A DNA stretch of 63,870 nucleotides, filler included, from 9 parts of 9 records of this genome joined end to end with filler, not necessarily neighbours in it, one strand, 5' to 3'. Counted from the first letter of the whole stretch, positions 38,350-50,363 are shown. Numbers and translations are program-made. The notes: generated by a model not told the origin, from the sequence alone.

Positions 38350-39282
38350 TTACCGCATTATCCCGGTTGAAGTCTCCGTAGGGATTGTAGCCCTCCCCCC
38401 GGGGACGGGAGCAGCAAGGGGTTGTTCGTCCGCCGCCTTTTCCGCCCGCCAGGCGGAGGGGGTGGTATTGAAGGTCTTTTTGAAAGCGGTGTTGTATGCC
38501 TTGACGCTGGGGAATCCGTACTCCAGAGCGATATCCGAGATATTCCAGTCCCTCGTCCTCAGGGTCTTCAGGGATTTCTGCAGCCTGACGAAGGCGACAT
38601 ACTCCCCGAAGGTGCAGCCCACCTTGTCGTGGAAGAACCGGGAGAGATAACTGGGATTGATATTCTCCTTCTCCGCCAGCTCAGAGGCGGAAATCTTCTC
38701 CGTATAATGACGGTCGATATACCGGATGATCCGGGAGAGACGGGAAAAATAGCGGCTGTTCTCTTCGATCCGGCTCTGCTGTACACCCGAGACGGGAGAA
38801 CTGATCTGAAATCGCTGAACAAGGAGCATCAGCAGGCTGTTGACCGCCGACGCGGCCTGAAAGGCGTAGCCCTCCTCCTTCTCCCTCATGGTGAACATGA
38901 TCCGGGCCAGAAGGTTCCTCAGGGTGTCGTAAGAGACCGCCCGGCCGGGGTCTTCGTCGGTCCGGGAGTTGCAGAAGAACTTCCGGTCGCCGAATTCCGG
39001 ATCGAACTGGATGGCCGCCGCCGGATCCAGCTGGAAGGCCAGAATGATATTGGTCTCTTCTGTCTCATGGGTCAGATGAATCTCCCCGCTATTGGCCAGG
39101 AAGAGGTTGCCCTCATCCAGCAGGAACTGGGTACCTTCGATCTGAACCAGAACCGAGCCCTTCAGGACAAACAGGATCTCCAGTTCCCTGTGCCAGTGGG
39201 AGGAACAGGACCGGACGCTGTGAAAGAAAATCTTGAACGGCAGAGGCGAATCGTGAACGATGTTCTCAAAGGCGTATTCCAT
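38350..39282 (-). CDS. AraC-family regulator (cupin + double HTH)
   Basis: HWHRELE, SGEIH, SYLSRFFHDKVG, DIALEYGFPS..YNTAFKK. Confidence 0.93.
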   Translation of the reverse strand: MEYAFENIVHDSPLPFKIFFHSVRSCSSHWHRELEILFVLKGSVLVQIEGTQFLLDEGNLFLANSGEIHLTHETEETNIILAFQLDPAAAIQFDPEFGDRKFFCNSRTDEDPGRAVSYDTLRNLLARIMFTMREKEEGYAFQAASAVNSLLMLLVQRFQISSPVSGVQQSRIEENSRYFSRLSRIIRYIDRHYTEKISASELAEKENINPSYLSRFFHDKVGCTFGEYVAFVRLQKSLKTLRTRDWNISDIALEYGFPSVKAYNTAFKKTFNTTPSAWRAEKAADEQPLAAPVPGGRATIPTETSTGIMR

Positions 39283-39334
39283 GCCACTCAGTGTAATACC
39301 GGAATTGCGGGAGGCGCAACCGTTTTTCTCCGGA

Positions 39335-39591
39335 TTACATGACTCCCGCGGCTGCTGAAATGGTCGCTCCCAGGTTCAGAGCCAGGAGCAGAGCAAGCAT
39401 CAGGAACGGGACAGGTCCGCCTGTATGGCGGGTATCGGCCTGTTCACCCCGCAGCAGCGCATGGACCGCCTCCTCGATATCCCTCCGCCAGACCAGGAGG
39501 AAGGGCAGGATGGTACAGTAGGAGACAAGGTGGATGGTCTGACCGAAGTTTTCGAAAAACCTCTGCCCCATGGCTTTGACTTCCACCAGGG
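39335..39591 (-). CDS. Hypothetical membrane protein, 3' fragment
   Basis: Open to contig end with hydrophobic segments. Confidence 0.35.
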
Positions 39592-39691
39592 NNNNNNNNN
39601 NNNNNNNNNNNNNNNNNNNNNNNNNNNNNNNNNNNTTAATTAATTAANNNNNNNNNNNNNNNNNNNNNNNNNNNNNNNNNNNNNNNNNNNN
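39592..39691. other. Artificial contig spacer
   Basis: N44-TTAATTAATTAA-N44. Confidence 0.99.
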
Positions 39692-40021
39692 AATTTCAGA
39701 AATTAGACATTCTACAAATTCTTTTGTAACAAAAGGCATGTCGCAAGCCAGTACAATATTCCATTTTGTTTTTGATGAATTAAGCGATGAATACAATCCA
39801 CCCAGCGGCCCAACTCCTTTGTACTTGTCCGTTACAACGGCGAAACCAAATTTGCTGTATTCGTTATTATTTGTGCTTATTAGAACATTTTCGCATGATT
39901 TTTTTAGTGCTTTCAGCGGGTAAGCAACCATTGGCTTATCTTTATAATCCAATAACCCCTTGTCAGTTCCCATTCGTTTGCTATTACCTCCAGCCATTAT
40001 GATTCCTGTAACCTTCATCAT
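39692..40021 (-). CDS. mobA: Molybdenum cofactor guanylyltransferase, 3' truncated
   Basis: IIMAGGNSKRMGTDKG, GPLGG, LACDMPF. Confidence 0.92.
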
Positions 40022-40751
40022 TAAATAAAAATTAATTTGAATGAAGCAAACGACAACACTACTGCTAAAGAAAATCGAAGGAATTTTTCCTGCAATTTAA
40101 AACTTCCGATATAAGCTCCTAAAATCCCACCAATGATAGCTGCCACCACCATATAAATTATTTCTGGAGCTAATAACATAGAATTGTTGATTATCAATCC
40201 ACTTAAACCTGATACGGAATTTACAAAAATGAAGGCCGCTGAAACCGCTGCAGTTTCTTTTTGATTGCCCCAAGCCAGTAATATTATAATTGGGCTTAAA
40301 ATAATGCCACCTCCAATTCCAATCAGTCCGCTCAAAAATCCAAGGGCAGCACCAATTAACAATGCCGATGGGTAATGCAACTGTTTTTTGTTACTACTAC
40401 CCGTTTGTTTAAAAAACAACATTCGTGATACTGCAAACAATAAAAAGACACCAAGGATTATTTTGTAGAATTTATCATCTATTGTAATCGTACCGCCTAA
40501 AAAGGCAAATGGAATAGATGTTATAATAAAAGGCCATAAAAGTCTAAACCTAAAGTGCCTGTTTCTAAAAAGAAAATAAAGGCAATTGATGATACCAGGA
40601 TATTTAATATTAATGCAGATGGTCGCATTTCTTCTGGTGTAAAACTAAACAGCGCCATTAATGCCAGGTATCCACTAGCCCCTCCATGCCCTACAGAAGA
40701 ATATAGTGCAGCCAAGAATAATACAAGTACCAGAAAAATAATATTCGCCAT
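40021..40751 (-). CDS. TauE/SafE (TSUP) family membrane protein, split by a T-run frameshift near 40567-40571
   Basis: YSSVGHGGASGY in the first half; GFLSGLIGIGGGIILSP and TAAVSAAF in the second; joined by adding one T. Confidence 0.9.
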
Positions 40752-40857
40752 ACCATTAAACAATATTCCAGAAAATTAGATAGGTAGGATCAACAAATTA
40801 GAAGACTTAACGTATTTAAAAACACGCTTCCGCTTGCATTGTTATCATCACATTCCC

Positions 40858-40968
40858 ATCTCCTTTCCAAGTCAATTCGCATTGCAAAAATCGGGAGGAC
40901 AAGCTGTTTCCGGCTTATCCCATCGGTATTAAAACCATACTTCCATTCAGGTTTTAATACTCGGAGAA
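40858..40968 (-). ncRNA. Moco RNA motif riboswitch, P3-less (Tuco-type) variant
   Basis: Minus strand reads CTCCGAG; stem GTATTAAAACC/GGTTTTAATAC; GGATAAGC-CGGAAACA-GCTTGTCC; TCCCG...TTGGAAAGGAG; upstream of TauE-mobA; TAAATTTG promoter element at 41000-41007. Confidence 0.85.
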
Positions 40969-41095
40969 ACCAATGCATATATTAAAGTATGTAAATATAC
41001 AAATTTATTAATGACGATAATATGTTAATAAAATCGGGTAAATTAATCACTCTTCCAAACAATCATTTTTTATATTTAGACTTAATTAAAAACAT

Positions 41096-43090
41096 ATGTA
41101 CACTGATAATTTCTTGCAGCACATAAAAACTATTGAAAAAGAACTTAACAGTATTAATAAAATAGGGCATGATGGATCTAATATTTTTAAAACAATTATC
41201 AACCTATCGCCAAATGCAATTTTTATAGCGATAGGAGATAATTTTGTTTACGCAAATCCTTCTGCCATATCGCACCTGGGATTAGAAAGCATGGAAGATG
41301 TCCTTAATCAGTCCTTACTATCAACTGTACATATTGACTACCGCGAAAAAGTTAAAAAACGATTGGATGATGTCCACAAAGGAATAAGAAATAAACCTAT
41401 AACCATTAAACTACTAAGGCCAGATAACGAGGACATTTACATTGAATCAATTTCAATTCCAATTAGATTTGAAGGCAATGATGCCGCGTTAATAGTAGCG
41501 AGGAATATAACCAAAGAGTATAAATTAAAAATTCAGCTCGAAGAAAAAGAAAAGCTATTAATTGAAACAGAAAAACAATCGAAAACAGGAAGTTTCAGGC
41601 TAAACCTAAAGACTGGAAATGCTACATGGTCTCAAGGACTATACGATATTTTTAACCTAAGCTACGATACACCTCCACCTGACACAAAAGCTTATTTAAG
41701 TTATGTTCACCCTGATGATATTGATAAGGTTAGAGAACTAAATAGTGATTGCCATAATAAAAACGAAAATTTCGATCTATCTTATCGCATTATTTTGCCA
41801 GGAAAAATTGAAAAATGGATTCAACAAAAATGTGAGGTTAAAACCTCTGTCAATGGAGATAAATATCTTGTTGGTTTTTACAAAGACATAACGAGCGAGG
41901 TAGAACAAAAAAATAAAGTTGAAGAAAGTGAAGATTATGTTCGCCTGCTTTTTGATACCATACAAGAAGGTATTGCGTTAAACGAGGCCATTTATGATGA
42001 GGAGGGTAACATTGTTGATTACAAGATATTAATAGCCAACCATGCCTTTGACAGGAATAGTGAATATAGTGCAAATGATGTTATTGGAAAAACAGCATCT
42101 GAAGCATACAAAATGGATAAGGAATACATTAAAGAATGGTGGATAAATAATAAAAACGCAGATTTTCCTGTTTACACAGAAATGTTTAGGCCTGATGTTG
42201 AAAGATGGGCATATATCTCAACATCAAAAGTAGTTAACAACAAATTTGTAACCGCCTTTTTTGATATCAGCGATAAAAAGAAAAAAGATATTCTACTCGA
42301 AGAAAGCGAAAAAACATATAAAAACCTAGTGGAAGATTCACCTACAGGTGTTGCGCAAATTACAAGAGATAAACTTCTATTTGCCAACAAGTACTTTTTA
42401 AATTTATTGGGATATAATTCATATAAAGAAATTGCCAACAAAAATATAATTGATTTTATACCAGCATCTGACAAGTGTAAATTAGCCAATATTTTAAATT
42501 CCACAAATCTTAAATATAAAAACCACAACTATCTTACGCAGGTAAAAATCAATAATATTTCCGGTGCAGAAAAAGAAGTTGAAATGTTAATATCTGTAAT
42601 AAAAACAAAACCGGAAACTACCTGGCAATGTATAATTAGCGATATCTCAGAAAAATCAAACTTAATAAGGAAAGCAAAAAGAGTTTCAACAGATGCTATC
42701 TTTCTAAGCCGAAAATTGGAATTATTCTCCGAGATAGAGTCTCAGTTAGACACCATAATTAAAAACAATAAATTAGAGAAAAATACATTTAAAGAACTTT
42801 ATGAAAGACTAAAACAAGACAAAAATATAGAGCAGTTATGGTCTGTTTTTCAAAATAATTTTGAAATTATTTACATTGATTTTTTTGAAAAACTGCACGC
42901 ATTATCGCCCTCGTTAACACAACAAGAATTAAAGCATTGCGCCTTTATTAAGATGAATTTTGAAACAAAGGAAATAGCGTCACTTTTTCATGTAAAACCT
43001 TCGAGTATTCAAACATCTCGCGTAAGGCTAAAGAAAAAGCTGGGCTTGAAGCCCAACCAGGATTTAATTAATTTTATAATATCCCTATAA
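41096..43090 (+). CDS. Multi-PAS domain protein with C-terminal LuxR-type HTH
   Basis: Repeated PAS/PAC segments (YANP, VHPDD, ANHAF, FANK); TKEIASLFHVKPSSIQTSRVRLKKKLGL. Confidence 0.88.
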   Translation: MYTDNFLQHIKTIEKELNSINKIGHDGSNIFKTIINLSPNAIFIAIGDNFVYANPSAISHLGLESMEDVLNQSLLSTVHIDYREKVKKRLDDVHKGIRNKPITIKLLRPDNEDIYIESISIPIRFEGNDAALIVARNITKEYKLKIQLEEKEKLLIETEKQSKTGSFRLNLKTGNATWSQGLYDIFNLSYDTPPPDTKAYLSYVHPDDIDKVRELNSDCHNKNENFDLSYRIILPGKIEKWIQQKCEVKTSVNGDKYLVGFYKDITSEVEQKNKVEESEDYVRLLFDTIQEGIALNEAIYDEEGNIVDYKILIANHAFDRNSEYSANDVIGKTASEAYKMDKEYIKEWWINNKNADFPVYTEMFRPDVERWAYISTSKVVNNKFVTAFFDISDKKKKDILLEESEKTYKNLVEDSPTGVAQITRDKLLFANKYFLNLLGYNSYKEIANKNIIDFIPASDKCKLANILNSTNLKYKNHNYLTQVKINNISGAEKEVEMLISVIKTKPETTWQCIISDISEKSNLIRKAKRVSTDAIFLSRKLELFSEIESQLDTIIKNNKLEKNTFKELYERLKQDKNIEQLWSVFQNNFEIIYIDFFEKLHALSPSLTQQELKHCAFIKMNFETKEIASLFHVKPSSIQTSRVRLKKKLGLKPNQDLINFIISL

Positions 43091-43098
43091 GTTTAATA

Positions 43099-43488
43099 TC
43101 ATGATGCAAGTTTATTTCCCCCATAATTAAGCATGCGCCTTAACATGTATTCAATATCATTCAGATTAATTGGTTTCTTAACATAAGCATGAACACCAAA
43201 TTCGCATACTCTCTGTTCAGCCTCAATATCCTGACGAGCAGTAATAACGATTATCGGGATTTTAGCCAATTTCGGTTCTGACTTTAGTATTTCCAGAATT
43301 TTAAAACCATCAAGATGCGGCATCATTAAATCGAGCACTATTAAATCAGGAAGTTGCTCCCTGAGAATTGGGAGCGCTTTCCTGCTATTGCTTTCTATAA
43401 TAACTTCTACATTCGTATCATTAATAAAAATTGATTCCAGAAGGTACAAATTAACTTCTGAATCATCTACAATAACAATTTTCTTCAT
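43099..43488 (-). CDS. Single-domain response regulator
   Basis: IVIVDD, DLIVLDLMMPHLDG, ITA, KKP. Confidence 0.93.
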   Translation of the reverse strand: MKKIVIVDDSEVNLYLLESIFINDTNVEVIIESNSRKALPILREQLPDLIVLDLMMPHLDGFKILEILKSEPKLAKIPIIVITARQDIEAEQRVCEFGVHAYVKKPINLNDIEYMLRRMLNYGGNKLAS

Positions 43489-43497
43489 GATATTAAT

Positions 43498-44850
43498 TTA
43501 GAAATTTTCAAATTCGCTGTCGGCAGTTACTTCATTTTTTAAATTGAGACTTAATTTCTTACCGTTTACAGGAGCTATTTTTTCTTTTTTGCCAGGTTGA
43601 AAATGTAATGATTTATTATTATTCGAATAATTATTTTGATTGCCCCCGGTATTAAAATACATAACCAGTTCTTTTAATTGCAAAGCCTGGCTTGCCAATT
43701 CTTCTGAACTTGTAGCCAATTCTTCGCTGGCAGCAGCGTTCTGTTGCGTTACATTATTCATTTGTTGTATGGCGCCATTAACCTGGGCAGCTCCAGTACT
43801 TTGCTCCATACTTGCCGAGGAAATTTCTTGTACAAGTTGTGCAGTTTTTTCAATTTCAGGTACAATTTCGCCTAATTTGCTTCCTGCTTTTTCTGCGACT
43901 TCTACACCGCTCTTTGACAGTTCATCAATTTCATCAGCAGCTATTTTGCTTCTCTCTGCCAACTTTCTTACTTCTGCAGCCACAACGGCAAAACCTTTTC
44001 CGTGCTCCCCTGCCCTTGCTGCTTCAACGGCAGCATTAAGAGCCAAAATGTTTGTTTGAAATGCAATGTCATTTACAATCCTTATTTTTTCGGCTATATT
44101 TTTCATGCCTTCTACAGCCGTATTTGTAGCCGCACTACCTTCCTTTATCCCATCTGCTGCATTTACAGCAATCTTTTCGGTTTGCTGTGCATTGTCGGTA
44201 TTATTTTGAATATTAGCTGCCATTTCTTCCATGCTGCTTGAAACTTCTTCTACTGACGAGGCTTGTTCGCTCGCTCCCTGGCTCATTTCTTGTGCAGTAC
44301 CAGACATTTGCTGGCTCGAAGATGCGATGTTATCAGCTCCAGAAAGTATATTTTCAACTATTTCCCTGAGTTTCCCGGCCATATTTGTCAATGCTTTTGC
44401 TAACTGGCCTATTTCATCATTCTGTTCCAATTCTATGGTAGCAGTCAAATCTCCTTCTGATAATTGTTCTGCAAATGCTACTCCCCTGTTTAAAGGTTTT
44501 GTTATTACTTTTGTAAGGAACATAGCAAACAACACACCTATAATAAGTGCCATTAACAAACCTGAAATCATGGCTGTATTCGATGTCTTTAAAATTGCAA
44601 TAGTATTGTCGGCTATGTTTTGTGTGCCGGCTAAACCGGCGTCTGCCGTTGCAATACAAGCAGCAATCAGTTCTTTTCCGGCTTCATCTCTTTCACGTGC
44701 CAAATCCTCCCTTTTCATCCAGTTCTCAATAAACGAGTTCATTGCATTCTCATATGCCAATGCCTGGTCGCTAATAATTTCCAGCGCTTTTATATCTGCA
44801 TTTACCTTTGTGTATTTTCTAATATCTTCTAATAAATCATGTACTTGAGG
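43498..44850 (-). CDS. Methyl-accepting chemotaxis protein, 5' truncated
   Basis: TM + HAMP (GDLT...DEIGQL); [40 protein letters not shown]. Confidence 0.96.
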   Translation of the reverse strand, partial: PQVHDLLEDIRKYTKVNADIKALEIISDQALAYENAMNSFIENWMKREDLARERDEAGKELIAACIATADAGLAGTQNIADNTIAILKTSNTAMISGLLMALIIGVLFAMFLTKVITKPLNRGVAFAEQLSEGDLTATIELEQNDEIGQLAKALTNMAGKLREIVENILSGADNIASSSQQMSGTAQEMSQGASEQASSVEEVSSSMEEMAANIQNNTDNAQQTEKIAVNAADGIKEGSAATNTAVEGMKNIAEKIRIVNDIAFQTNILALNAAVEAARAGEHGKGFAVVAAEVRKLAERSKIAADEIDELSKSGVEVAEKAGSKLGEIVPEIEKTAQLVQEISSASMEQSTGAAQVNGAIQQMNNVTQQNAAASEELATSSEELASQALQLKELVMYFNTGGNQNNYSNNNKSLHFQPGKKEKIAPVNGKKLSLNLKNEVTADSEFENF

Positions 44851-44950
44851 NNNNNNNNNNNNNNNNNNNNNNNNNNNNNNNNNNNNNNNNNNNNTTAATT
44901 AATTAANNNNNNNNNNNNNNNNNNNNNNNNNNNNNNNNNNNNNNNNNNNN
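44851..44950. other. Artificial contig spacer
   Basis: N44-TTAATTAATTAA-N44. Confidence 0.99.
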
Positions 44951-47900
44951 AAGTGATTTTATGTTTTCCTGCATAAGAATCTCTCTTACTATTCCTGAGT
45001 CTTCCTCTAACTCCTCAACATTAGGTATATAAATGTTTTTAAATGTCTTTAATTGATCCATAAACCATGGAAAAGGGAAAAGCCCTTTTAAGATATCAAG
45101 TTGTGACTTAACTCCCTCAGCTCTCCATTCATGAGTATTATAGATAATCCTTCGATCCGGGGAGATAAGGAAAAGATATCCCCTATCTACTTTAGAAAAT
45201 TCTCCTATTTTTCGAAGACCATATTCAATCTCTGCATCAATCTCCTGCATGGAGTGTATTACTAAATGAGTAGAGATATCAGCAAACAATTTCTCAAGTT
45301 CAGATTGATGTTTTCTTGTCTCTTCGATATATTTTTGTTGGTCAATATCATCGATGTTCACTACATAGTGAGATAAAATATCCTTTGAGAAAATTGGTGA
45401 TACAGTTATTTTTGTCCACAAGTTACGATTGTTTTTAGTTCTTATCTGCTTTTCTTCTGACCATACAATACCAGCTTTTAAGGAGCTCTGTATTTTGTCG
45501 TAGTTCTCAAAAAAATATGGTTTTTCATGGACAATATCCAGTAGTTGATATCCCGAAAGTTTAAAAAAAGCTTCATTTGAATATTCAATTTTAAAATTAT
45601 TATCAGTAATAACTACAGCAGAAGGACTTTGTTCTATAGCTTGACTTATTTTTAACAGATTCTCTTCGATTCTTTTTCTGTTTTTAATTTCTCTTTTTAG
45701 ACGATTATTCCATATTAGAATAATACATAAGATTATTATAAAAATTAATAAAACTAAGCTAATACTTTTAAATATATATGTCCATGAAGGTTTTATATTA
45801 ACATTTGTCCCTAGCCATTTTTTTGATATTTTATCTCCGTTACTCACCTTTATAGTTTCAAGTGCAACTCGAAAAGTCTCTAGAGGTATTGTGGAATCAT
45901 TTTTTATTGCAAAAGAAAGCCTAGTAGGGAAATTACTATTTGAATTTAATCTTAAATTAGATAATCCATTTTTTTTGACTAAATAATTTAACGTAGCTGG
46001 ATTTATAAGGATAGTGTCTGCTTTTTTTTCATTTATTAGATTTAGTCCATCCTCAATATTTTCCATAGAAATAATCTTAATATCTGGATATTCTAAAGAA
46101 ATAGATTTTTCTAAATTGTATTTTTTTGGAATTATTAGACTTCTATCTTTTAGTGCTTTTAGGTTAGGGATGATAGGGTAATCATCATGTGAAACAATAG
46201 AAAGATCTTCAGTATAGTAATTTAATATTGGGATGAAGTTTTTGTTGAAATCTTCATATTCTGGGATCTCAGAAATGAATTTGATATTTGTATCATTAAA
46301 ATTATAATAATTATCTACTGCGATAAAATTAAATTTAATGTTCAATTGCTCTTCAAGTAACTCTAAATAATCGATAACAATTCCTTTAAATTTTTTATCT
46401 TCAAAAAAACTAAAAGGAGGGTTGTTTTTTAGAACTGCAATATCAATTTCTAAGTTTTCGTTAAACCATTTCAAGTCTTTAGGGATTATAGAACTAAAAA
46501 TTGAATTCAAATCATTTTTAAGAAACTTATCAAATAGAGCTTTCCTTTCGTTAAGTGGAATACTATCAAGTTTTTTATTAATAAGACCTTTCAAAATAGT
46601 AAAATCACTCCGTATTCCAAAGGAAATGGGTATTTTGGGAAATGTACTAGAGTTAATTATATTTAAATGGTTAATCACTTCATTATTTTTTAAAGTGTCA
46701 ATAAGGTATATATTTCCAATAAACCCAAAAACACTCTCTTTTGAGACTAAGTTTACCCCTTCTAAATAGTTATCAACCTCAACGATTGATATTTTAGGGT
46801 AATTTAACTCAATATAGTTTTTTAAAAAAGAGTCTTTCTCTATCGCAAGCTTTTTGTGGTTAAGATCACTTAGAGACTGAAATTGTTGATTATTTGTGAG
46901 AACAACGGAGTCGCTAAATAAATATGGTGTTGAAAAAACCATATTTTGGTTATCATCTTTTGATGGAGACACAGTTAGTATGATGTCTAGCTCTTTTTTA
47001 GCAAGTTTCTTCTTTAAGAGATTTTGGTTATAATATTCAAGGCTGTAGTCAAGGTTAAGATCAGAAATGGCACGGTTAAGGTAGTCAAATGATATTCCCT
47101 CGGTTACATTTTGATTATTAAGTTTTTCAAAAGGCATATAATCAATTTGAGAACCGATTTTTATTATTCCGTGCGTTTGAATCCATTCTTTTTCAGCTTC
47201 AGTTAATGAGGTGAAATTTTTTCCATAAATTTTGTCTTGTGAGTTACTAATCCACCTGTTTTCAATTTCATTCCATTCTTGCTTTGATATTTTTGAGATT
47301 CCCTCATTAATTAGCTTTATTAGCTCTGTATTACCTTTTAGCACACCTGCCTGAACATTGTTTTTTAAACTAAAAGTAGATAGTTTATAGAAATTATTTT
47401 CCTGAAAATTTGTTGAAAGAAGCCTTCTGGTTGGAAGTGTTTCGTAGAAGAAACCTTTTGTTAAATTGTTTGTCGAGGCTTCTAACATACTTATTACTTT
47501 TTTAAACTCAATACTTTCTATATTTGGATATTGTTCTTTTATATATTCAGCCTGAAAACTTCCCATCCAAACGCCTATTTTCTCAGTTTTCATTTGATTA
47601 ACATCTGCAATTTTAGAATCGTTTTTTAGGAAAAAACTTGATTCAATTTGGTAAAAAGGATCAGAGAAATCTAAAACTTCAGATCTTGTTTGTGAAAAAA
47701 ACAAACCAGTTTGGATATCTGCTCTTCCGTCTTTTACCGCATTAATGGAGTCTTTCCAATACGTGGGAAGAAATCGTATTTCTTGCCCAGTTTTTTTGGC
47801 CCAAAGATTCCAAAAATCAATAAAAAGACCTCTTTCGTGATTAAAATTATCTAAGAATGAAAATGGTGCATAATCATTTGGATAAGATATAACTAATGAA

Positions 47901-48686
47901 TTATCAGAATGTTTTTTTTGTTCAAAAGCCCATTTTCTTTCAATTTCTTTTCTCTCTTCTTTTGTGATTTTTTCCATTCCCTTGGATATTTTTTTAGCTA
48001 ATTCGGAATCTCCCTTTTTTACTGTTGCAAAAAATGAATTGGAATAGAGAGCATTATTTTGTGCATAACTAAACTTTGCTGAAAGATCATACTTATTTAA
48101 AAAATAAAGAGCAGTTGGAGTATCCATTACAAAACAAAGGATATTTCCATTGATCAAATCTTTCATAAGTGAATCTGCGGAGTTATATCCTTGAATGTTG
48201 TTTGGATATTCTAGATTGTTTTTTAAAAAAGCCTCAGAGTAGTCTCCTTTAAAAACTCCCACCTTGTATGGAGATAAAGCAGCAATGCTATCTAACTTGC
48301 GTAAAGAGTTATGATAAAAGATATGAGTTTCAATATCTTTTAATGGAAGAACATAATCCATATATTTTTCTCTGTCGCTTGAGTAAAAACAACCTGCATG
48401 TATATCTGCTTCTCCTTTTCTCATTAAATTTAACGAGTCATTCCATATATTAACTCGAAATTCAATAGGAGTATTGTTTTTTTAGACCATAATTTCCATA
48501 AATCAATAAATATTCCTTCTGGCTCTCCAGTTTCTCCTAAAAAATGAAAAGGATATACATTATCTGCTGTGGAGATGACTAAAGGTTTTCTTTTTATTTT
48601 TTCTGCATATTGAATTTGTTGGAATAACAAAAAAATATAGAGAAAAAAAGTATTTTTATATGTAAATGAATTTTATTTTTTCTCAT
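44951..48686 (-). CDS. Membrane sensor with four tandem family-3 SBP domains, TM, PAS and GAF; frameshifts near 48480 and 48630; output domain missing
   Basis: Four repeats (YPFHF..G..ID, YAPFSF..G..ID, YMPFE..G..D, PPFSF..G..ID); TM LVLLIFIIILCIILIWN; AIEQSPSAVVITD; VDRGYLF..THEW; AAGGAG RBS before ATG 48686. Confidence 0.85.
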
Positions 48687-48967
48687 AGGATTCTCCTTTA
48701 AATGAATCATATTTATAAAACAAAATAGAGATTTACTTAATATATTTATAGTACATTATTTATTAAAAGTCTACGAAAACCTCTTTAAAAAATTATTACT
48801 TATTTTCTCTGCTGTTTAAAAGCTGTGTAAAATTGTAGGAAAAAATAATATATGTAGTATAATTAGTTATATGAAGCTCAATTGCGATTAGTAAATTTCA
48901 ACTTATACGTGTAAAAAAATAATATAAACTTCAACAAGAAAAAATACAAGTAAGGGAGTTGAGAACA

Positions 48968-50281
48968 ATGATGAAAACTTATATTCTGGATACAAATGTA
49001 TTGATACATGACCCTAACGCAATGTTTAATTTTGAAGAAAATGAAGTTGTAATACCGATTTATGTAATTGAAGAGATTGATAAGCTGAAAAGAGCAGAAG
49101 GAGAAAGAGGTAGAAATGCGAGAGTTACAGCTAGAAATTTAGATGAACTAAGGAAAATGGGAAGCATAAATGAAGGAGTAAAGCTTGAATCAGGTGGATT
49201 CATCAGGGTAGAAACCCAAGGGCACATTAAAGATCTCCCCAATTTTATGAGAGAGGATAAAGTTGATAATAGAATAATTGCAGTGTCACTTGAGTTAACT
49301 AGAAGAGAAGGAAAAACAATTCTCGTAACTAAAGATATAAACATGAGAATTAAAGCTGATGCGATGGAAATAGAGGTTCAAGATTATGAATCGGATACCG
49401 TCGATGTAGGTGAACTGTATGTAGGTTTGAATAAAATCAAGATAGATGATGAGAGTTATTTAAGATTTACAAAATCAGGAAAACTAAAATTTTCTGATAT
49501 ATTGGAAAAAGAACCATATGCAAATCAATTTTTTAATTTCATGAATAATGGGAAAAATTATCCAGGGATATATAATAAAGACAAAAAAAGAATCGAAAAA
49601 TTTGTTTATGGTGGAAACATGGAGGCTTGGGGAGTAAGGGCTAAAAATTTGGAACAAGAGTGTGCCATGGAGATGCTGATGGATGAATCAATAAAGGTAA
49701 TAACATTGGTAGGAAAAGCTGGAACGGGAAAAACATTACTTGCCCTTGCAGCAGCGTTAGAACAAGTAGTGGAAAGAAAAGTGTATAAAAAAATCTTGGT
49801 TGCAAGACCAGTAATTCCAATGGGAAAAGATATAGGTTATTTGCCAGGTGGTGAGAAGGAAAAACTTAGACCGTGGATGCAGCCAATATATGACAATTTT
49901 GATTTCTTAGCAGAAAATAAAGATGACGACTCAAGGGCTGGTGAAAAGGTGATAACTGGACTGGAAACTATGGGTATGCTAAAGATAGAAGCCTTAACTT
50001 ATATAAGAGGAAGAACTATTCCAAAAGGGTTTATAATAATTGATGAGGCTCAAAATTTAACTCCCCATGAGATAAAGACAATAGTGACAAGAGCTGGAGA
50101 AAATACTAAGATAGTATTTACTGGAGATCCATATCAGATAGACAATCCATATTTGGATTCAAATAGTAATGGACTAACTTACTTAGCTGAAAGATTTAAA
50201 TATGAAAAGATAGCAGGACATATAACTTTGATGAAGGGAGAAAGATCTGAATTAGCGGAATTAGCAGCAAAATTACTATAA
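48968..50281 (+). CDS. PIN-PhoH family protein (PhoH2/YlaK-like)
   Basis: PIN motifs YILDTNVLIHD, EEID, DNRI, TKDINMR; GKAGTGKT, IGYLPG, RGRT, IDEAQN, GDPYQID. Confidence 0.93.
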   Translation: MMKTYILDTNVLIHDPNAMFNFEENEVVIPIYVIEEIDKLKRAEGERGRNARVTARNLDELRKMGSINEGVKLESGGFIRVETQGHIKDLPNFMREDKVDNRIIAVSLELTRREGKTILVTKDINMRIKADAMEIEVQDYESDTVDVGELYVGLNKIKIDDESYLRFTKSGKLKFSDILEKEPYANQFFNFMNNGKNYPGIYNKDKKRIEKFVYGGNMEAWGVRAKNLEQECAMEMLMDESIKVITLVGKAGTGKTLLALAAALEQVVERKVYKKILVARPVIPMGKDIGYLPGGEKEKLRPWMQPIYDNFDFLAENKDDDSRAGEKVITGLETMGMLKIEALTYIRGRTIPKGFIIIDEAQNLTPHEIKTIVTRAGENTKIVFTGDPYQIDNPYLDSNSNGLTYLAERFKYEKIAGHITLMKGERSELAELAAKLL

Positions 50282-50331
50282 AAACTCTCTTTATACTTGC
50301 TAAAAGTACATTTAATTACTATAATATTATT

Positions 50332-50363
50332 TAGGGAAGAATTTAACACTCTTCCCTATTTTT
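50332..50363 (+). terminator. Rho-independent terminator after the PhoH gene
   Basis: TAGGGAAGA-9nt-TCTTCCCTA-TTTTT. Confidence 0.7.
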
